A DNA stretch of 64,000 bases from Trueperaceae bacterium (GTDB lineage Bacteria > Deinococcota > Deinococci > Deinococcales > Trueperaceae): contig CBDCDZ010000004.1 of NCBI GenBank assembly GCA_965215565.1, positions 2,752,001 through 2,816,000 on the forward strand, read 5' to 3'. The position numbers were made by a program, and so were the translations under genes. The first letter of the stretch is position 1. Each line of letters begins with the position of its first letter. The notes below the pieces were generated by a model, which had not been told where the DNA came from, did no database searches, and saw only the letters and a list, made by a program, of their open reading frames with translations. This document shows positions 59,780-64,000 of the stretch, one piece after another.

Positions 59780-61633
59780 ATGGCTCAGGCAACGCAACCG
59801 TCCACGAAGCGAACCGATCAGCGGGAGAAGACGCCATCCTCCGGGCGCTCCACGGACTTGTCTCAACTCAGGCGGCTTTTTACCTACACGCGCCCTTACC
59901 GAACCCCGCTTGTTACCGGCATCCTCGCCGTCATCGTGGCGAGCGTGCTGGGCTTCGCCTTCCCGCTCATGGCGAGAGAGCTGTTCGACACGGCGTTCTC
60001 GGGCGAAGGAGGGGCGGGTCTCGGGCTCAACACGATCACCCTAGTCTTGGTGGGCATCTTCGTCGTGCAAGCCCTGTTTAACTACCTTCGCGTCTACTTC
60101 TTAGCGCTCGTCGGGGAGGGCGTCGTCGCGGACCTGCGCCGCGCCTTGTACAGTCACCTCATCGGGCTCTCGGTGCGCTTTTTCGAGGAGCGCAAAACGG
60201 GCGAGATCACCTCGCGCCTCACCTCGGACATCGCCACCGTGCAGGGCGTCGTCTCGCAGGCGTTGGCGCAGTTCGTCAATCAGCTCATCACCCTAGTCGG
60301 CGGCGTCGCCATCCTCTTCTACCTGGACGTAAAACTCACGCTCGTAATGCTCTCCGTCGTACCCGCCGTCGTCTTAGCAGGTGCGTACTTCGGGCGCAAG
60401 CTCAGGCGCATCAGCACCGAGTTTCAAGACCGCGTGGCGAGCGCGAACGCCTCGGCGGAAGAAGCCATTACGGGCATCCGCGTGGTCAAGTCGTTCACGG
60501 CCGAGGGCTTGGAGCGCGAGCGCTACGGCAGCCTCATCCGCGATTCTTACGCCGTTGCACTGCGCCGCGCACGTGTCAGGGCGGTCTTCATCCCGAGCAT
60601 CATCTTCGCTACCTTTAGCGCCATCGCCGTGGTGTTTTGGTACGGCGGACGCTTGGTCCTAAACAGCCAACTGCCCGCGGGCGACCTCATCGCCTTCTTG
60701 CTGCTGACGCTCTTCGTCGCGGGCTCGATTGCCACCTTTCCGGCGCTCTACAGCCAGTTTCAGGAGGCTTTGGGCGCGTCGAAGCGAATTTTCGACCTCT
60801 TGGACGAAGCGAGCGACTTGCCGGAGCCGGCTAAGCCCCGGACCCTAGAGACCGTCCAGGGGCACCTCGCCTTCGAAGGGGTCTCCTTTCGCTACGGGGA
60901 CGCCGAGGATACCTCAAAGGGTAGAGGTAGCGCGCTCGTCTTGAAAAACCTCTCGCTCAGCGCGAACCCTGGCGAGATAGTCGCACTTGTAGGGCCGAGC
61001 GGCGCGGGCAAGAGCACGCTCGTCACGCTCATCCCGAGGTTCTACGACCCGAGTCAGGGCCGCGTGACGTTAGACGGTGTGGACCTGCGCGAGCTGGACA
61101 CGCACGCCCTGAGAGCGCACATCGGCATCGTGCCGCAGGAGACGCAGCTCTTTTCGGGCACGGTGGCGCAGAACATCCGCTACGGCAAACCAGAGGCGTC
61201 GGACGAGGAGCTGAGGGGCGCGGCGAAAGCTGCCAATGCCCACGACTTCATCGAAGAATTCCCGGACGGGTACGAGACCATCGTGGGCGAGCGCGGCGTC
61301 AAGCTCTCGGGCGGGCAGCGCCAGCGCGTCGCCATCGCCCGCGCGCTGCTCAAAAACCCCAAAATCCTCATTTTGGACGAAGCCACCTCGAGCCTCGACT
61401 CCGAGTCCGAAGCCCTCGTTCAAGCGGCTTTAGACACGCTCATGCGGGGGCGCACCGTCTTCGTCATCGCGCACCGCTTATCCACCATCAGAAACGCAGA
61501 CCGCATCCTCGTTTTAGAACGAGGTCAGATCGTACAGAGCGGCACGCACGGCGCGCTCATGGCGCAAGGCGGGCTCTACCGCGACCTCTACGAGACGCAG
61601 TTCCGGGACGAGGACGAGGTGGCGACTGCCTGA
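59780..61633 (+). CDS. ABC exporter, fused TMD-NBD (MsbA-like)
   Basis: GPSGAGKS, LSGGQRQR and DEATSSLD motifs. Confidence 0.96.
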   Translation: MAQATQPSTKRTDQREKTPSSGRSTDLSQLRRLFTYTRPYRTPLVTGILAVIVASVLGFAFPLMARELFDTAFSGEGGAGLGLNTITLVLVGIFVVQALFNYLRVYFLALVGEGVVADLRRALYSHLIGLSVRFFEERKTGEITSRLTSDIATVQGVVSQALAQFVNQLITLVGGVAILFYLDVKLTLVMLSVVPAVVLAGAYFGRKLRRISTEFQDRVASANASAEEAITGIRVVKSFTAEGLERERYGSLIRDSYAVALRRARVRAVFIPSIIFATFSAIAVVFWYGGRLVLNSQLPAGDLIAFLLLTLFVAGSIATFPALYSQFQEALGASKRIFDLLDEASDLPEPAKPRTLETVQGHLAFEGVSFRYGDAEDTSKGRGSALVLKNLSLSANPGEIVALVGPSGAGKSTLVTLIPRFYDPSQGRVTLDGVDLRELDTHALRAHIGIVPQETQLFSGTVAQNIRYGKPEASDEELRGAAKAANAHDFIEEFPDGYETIVGERGVKLSGGQRQRVAIARALLKNPKILILDEATSSLDSESEALVQAALDTLMRGRTVFVIAHRLSTIRNADRILVLERGQIVQSGTHGALMAQGGLYRDLYETQFRDEDEVATA

Positions 61634-61684
61634 CTTGATAAGTGAGTAGACGCGGCTAAAGCCTACGCTGTTAGAGGTGCAACT

Positions 61685-62944
61685 GTGACAACGAAATCTA
61701 CGGAAACCGGACCAAGAGGTGACGCAGCAGCGTCCGCGCAGGGTTGTCCTCACAACTCGGAACAATCCGCGCGCAAAACAACCCCACCGGCTGAGAAGCG
61801 CCCTTCAACGTCTCGTTTAGAGCGAGACACGGCGGGTGTGTGGCACGTGCGCGGCTTCGCTGAGGCTAAGACGCTACTGCGCTCAGGTCACACCCGTCAG
61901 GCTGGCTTCATGGCGGAGCAAGTCGCCCTGCTGCCCGACACGATGCGGCCGCCCGTCCTGTTTCAAGAGGGCAAGACGCACCATGAGCAGCGCACGAAGA
62001 CGGCTCGCTTCTTCACGCCCAAAGTGACTGACGAAAACTACCGCGCGTTCATGAACGCCTACGCGGACGACCTCATCGCCGAACTATCAGCACGAGGACG
62101 CGCCGACGTGAGCGAGCTGAGCATGAGGTTGGCGGTGCAGGTTGCCGCTCGAGTCGTCGGACTCACCGACAGCCGCGCGCCCGGCATGGCGGGGCGCATC
62201 GACGCCTTTTTCCAGCAGCGGCAGACGCGAAGCAGAGCCGGACGCTTGCTCCAAGAGGTGCTGGGTCAGTGGCGCACCGCCAAGTTTTTCTTCTTAGACG
62301 TGCAGAGCGCGGTTCGCGTGCGGCGGCGCAACCCCCGAGAAGACCTCATCACGCATCTGATTGAAGAGGGCTACAGCGGCTCCGAAATCTTAACCGAGTG
62401 CGTCACCTTCGCCGCCGCTGGCATGGTGACGACGCGCGAATTCATCGGCGCGGCGGCGTGGCACCTCCTGGAGCACCCCGAGCTTAAAACGCGCTACTTG
62501 AACGCGGAACAAGCGGAGCGCTACGCCTTGCTGCACGAACTCTTGCGGCTCGAGCCCGTCGTCGGTCATATCTTGCGCCGCGCTCAACAGGACATCGAGG
62601 TGGAGAGCGGCGCTCAGCACGTTACGATTCCCGCGGGCGACCTCATCGACGTGCACGTCTACGGCGTCAACGCGGACGAAACGGCGGTGGGGGGCGCGCC
62701 CTTCACCCTGTGCCCCGAGCGCGAGAGGGCGGCGGGTGTGCAGCCTTACGCCATGAGCTTCGGCGACGGTCATCACCGCTGTCCGGGCACGTTCATCGCG
62801 GTTCAGGAGACGGACATCTTCTTGACACGCCTTTTAAAGCTGGAGGGGCTGACGCTCGAGCGCGCCCCTGAACTGAGTTGGAACGACGTGGTGCGCGGCT
62901 ATGAGCTGCGGGAGTTCTGGGTGCGGCTTGAGGGTGAAGATTAG
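61685..62944 (+). CDS. Cytochrome P450
   Basis: AAGMVTT I-helix, ELLR (ExxR) and FGDGHHRCPG heme motif. Confidence 0.95.
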   Translation: MTTKSTETGPRGDAAASAQGCPHNSEQSARKTTPPAEKRPSTSRLERDTAGVWHVRGFAEAKTLLRSGHTRQAGFMAEQVALLPDTMRPPVLFQEGKTHHEQRTKTARFFTPKVTDENYRAFMNAYADDLIAELSARGRADVSELSMRLAVQVAARVVGLTDSRAPGMAGRIDAFFQQRQTRSRAGRLLQEVLGQWRTAKFFFLDVQSAVRVRRRNPREDLITHLIEEGYSGSEILTECVTFAAAGMVTTREFIGAAAWHLLEHPELKTRYLNAEQAERYALLHELLRLEPVVGHILRRAQQDIEVESGAQHVTIPAGDLIDVHVYGVNADETAVGGAPFTLCPERERAAGVQPYAMSFGDGHHRCPGTFIAVQETDIFLTRLLKLEGLTLERAPELSWNDVVRGYELREFWVRLEGED

Positions 62945-63085
62945 ATTCTGCTGGGGTTTCATGCTCCTTGCTGAGATACGCCGTACTGAGTAAAGAAGTA
63001 GGGGTAGGAACGTATAGAATCCACACCACGTGGACGTTTCTAGCACACTTCTCGAAGTCACAGGTTTACAGGACCGAGAGGTTCG

Positions 63086-64000
63086 TCATTTTACTCGAGC
63101 CGTAAAAAACGTAAGCATCGCCCGCGTTGCGTCCGGTCCTTTCGGGTCCGTGAACGTTCCCGCTGGGCTACCCCCCGCCCAAGCGTGTCCGGCACCGTGA
63201 ACGCGCCAGTCCTCGAGCATCATTCGTCCCTCCGCGTTCAGATAGCGCGTGCGCGTGTAGGGGCGTCCGCCTTTCGCTTGTCCCTTCTCAACCTCTTTCT
63301 TGTAGCGCTTATTGGCGGAGAGTCCCTTAACGATCTCTTCACCGTTGCGCGGACTCACCGTGCTGTCGCGGTCGCCGTGGAAGACAATCGTCGGCACCGA
63401 ATTCCGTGCCGCGATACCTGCGCCGCAGCCCTGCCGCATCGCCATAAGCGCCGAAGGTAAATCCTTGGCTGCGCCGTGCGGCAGACCGGAATGCACACAG
63501 GCGGCGGCGAACAGCTCGGGATACGTCGCGCCTAAAATCGCCGCCATCGCACCGCCCGCCGAAAGCCCCGCCACGTAAACGCGCTTTAGATCAACAGGAT
63601 AGCGGCGCATCACCTCGCGCGTCATCCCTGCGATGATCGAAGGCTCGCCCGCGTCACAACGTTGGTCGGACTCCTGAAACCAGTTCCAGCATCCGTTCGC
63701 GTTCGCGCCCCTCGTCTGCGCCGGATAGAGCACCAAGCACGGCTCCTCGTCGGCACGAAGGTTCATCTGCGTGCCCGCCGCGAAATCGTCGGGGTCTTGG
63801 GTGCAGCCGTGGAGCATGACGACGAGAGGTAGAGGTTGACCCTCTTTTGCACCCTTAGGGATATAAAGTTTATAGGGGCGCGTGCCTGCGCTATTCGAGT
63901 AGGTATCGGTGAGAAATTGACCCTGGCCTAGCGCGGCGGATGAAACGTTCCTAGTCTGCGGCTGAAACCCGCCCAGGTCGGGCATGAAGTCGCCGAAAGA
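63086..64000 (-). CDS. PHB depolymerase family esterase, probably 5'-truncated by window edge
   Basis: MLHGCTQ, CWNWF, GLSAGG, HGDRD and GHAW motifs. Confidence 0.92.
   Translation of the reverse strand, partial: SFGDFMPDLGGFQPQTRNVSSAALGQGQFLTDTYSNSAGTRPYKLYIPKGAKEGQPLPLVVMLHGCTQDPDDFAAGTQMNLRADEEPCLVLYPAQTRGANANGCWNWFQESDQRCDAGEPSIIAGMTREVMRRYPVDLKRVYVAGLSAGGAMAAILGATYPELFAAACVHSGLPHGAAKDLPSALMAMRQGCGAGIAARNSVPTIVFHGDRDSTVSPRNGEEIVKGLSANKRYKKEVEKGQAKGGRPYTRTRYLNAEGRMMLEDWRVHGAGHAWAGGSPAGTFTDPKGPDATRAMLTFFTARVK

Overview
Chromosomal segment of a GC-rich Deinococcota bacterium, probably Trueperaceae-like. This is inferred from an SlpA-type S-layer gene, nqo15, many leaderless -10/start architectures and heavy CTCGAG use. 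Most of the window is housekeeping or metabolic: hpf, minDE, a frameshifted pcrA/uvrD, nqo15, split mnmC functions, purU, ggt, ruvB, a sugar ABC importer with a GH13 glucosidase, acetoacetate-CoA ligase, a P450 and a PHB depolymerase. It also holds a RES-Xre toxin-antitoxin pair and a DUF3618/holin-like stress cluster. Two things stand out. (1) At 49.2-56.6 kb there is a candidate peptide-signalling circuit: a SARP-BTAD/NB-ARC/TPR regulator, a lipoprotein S8 protease, and a 32-aa gene that is only a signal peptide plus the heptapeptide GLRVRGG. These sit divergent from two lipoproteins (one with a caspase-like His/Cys dyad) whose promoter has SARP-type heptamer repeats. (2) Nine intergenic copies of a ~111-bp MITE-like structured repeat show stem covariation and carry nested 21-nt mini-insertions at fixed sites. 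No rRNA, tRNA or CRISPR array was recognised. All calls come from reading the sequence; no searches were run.
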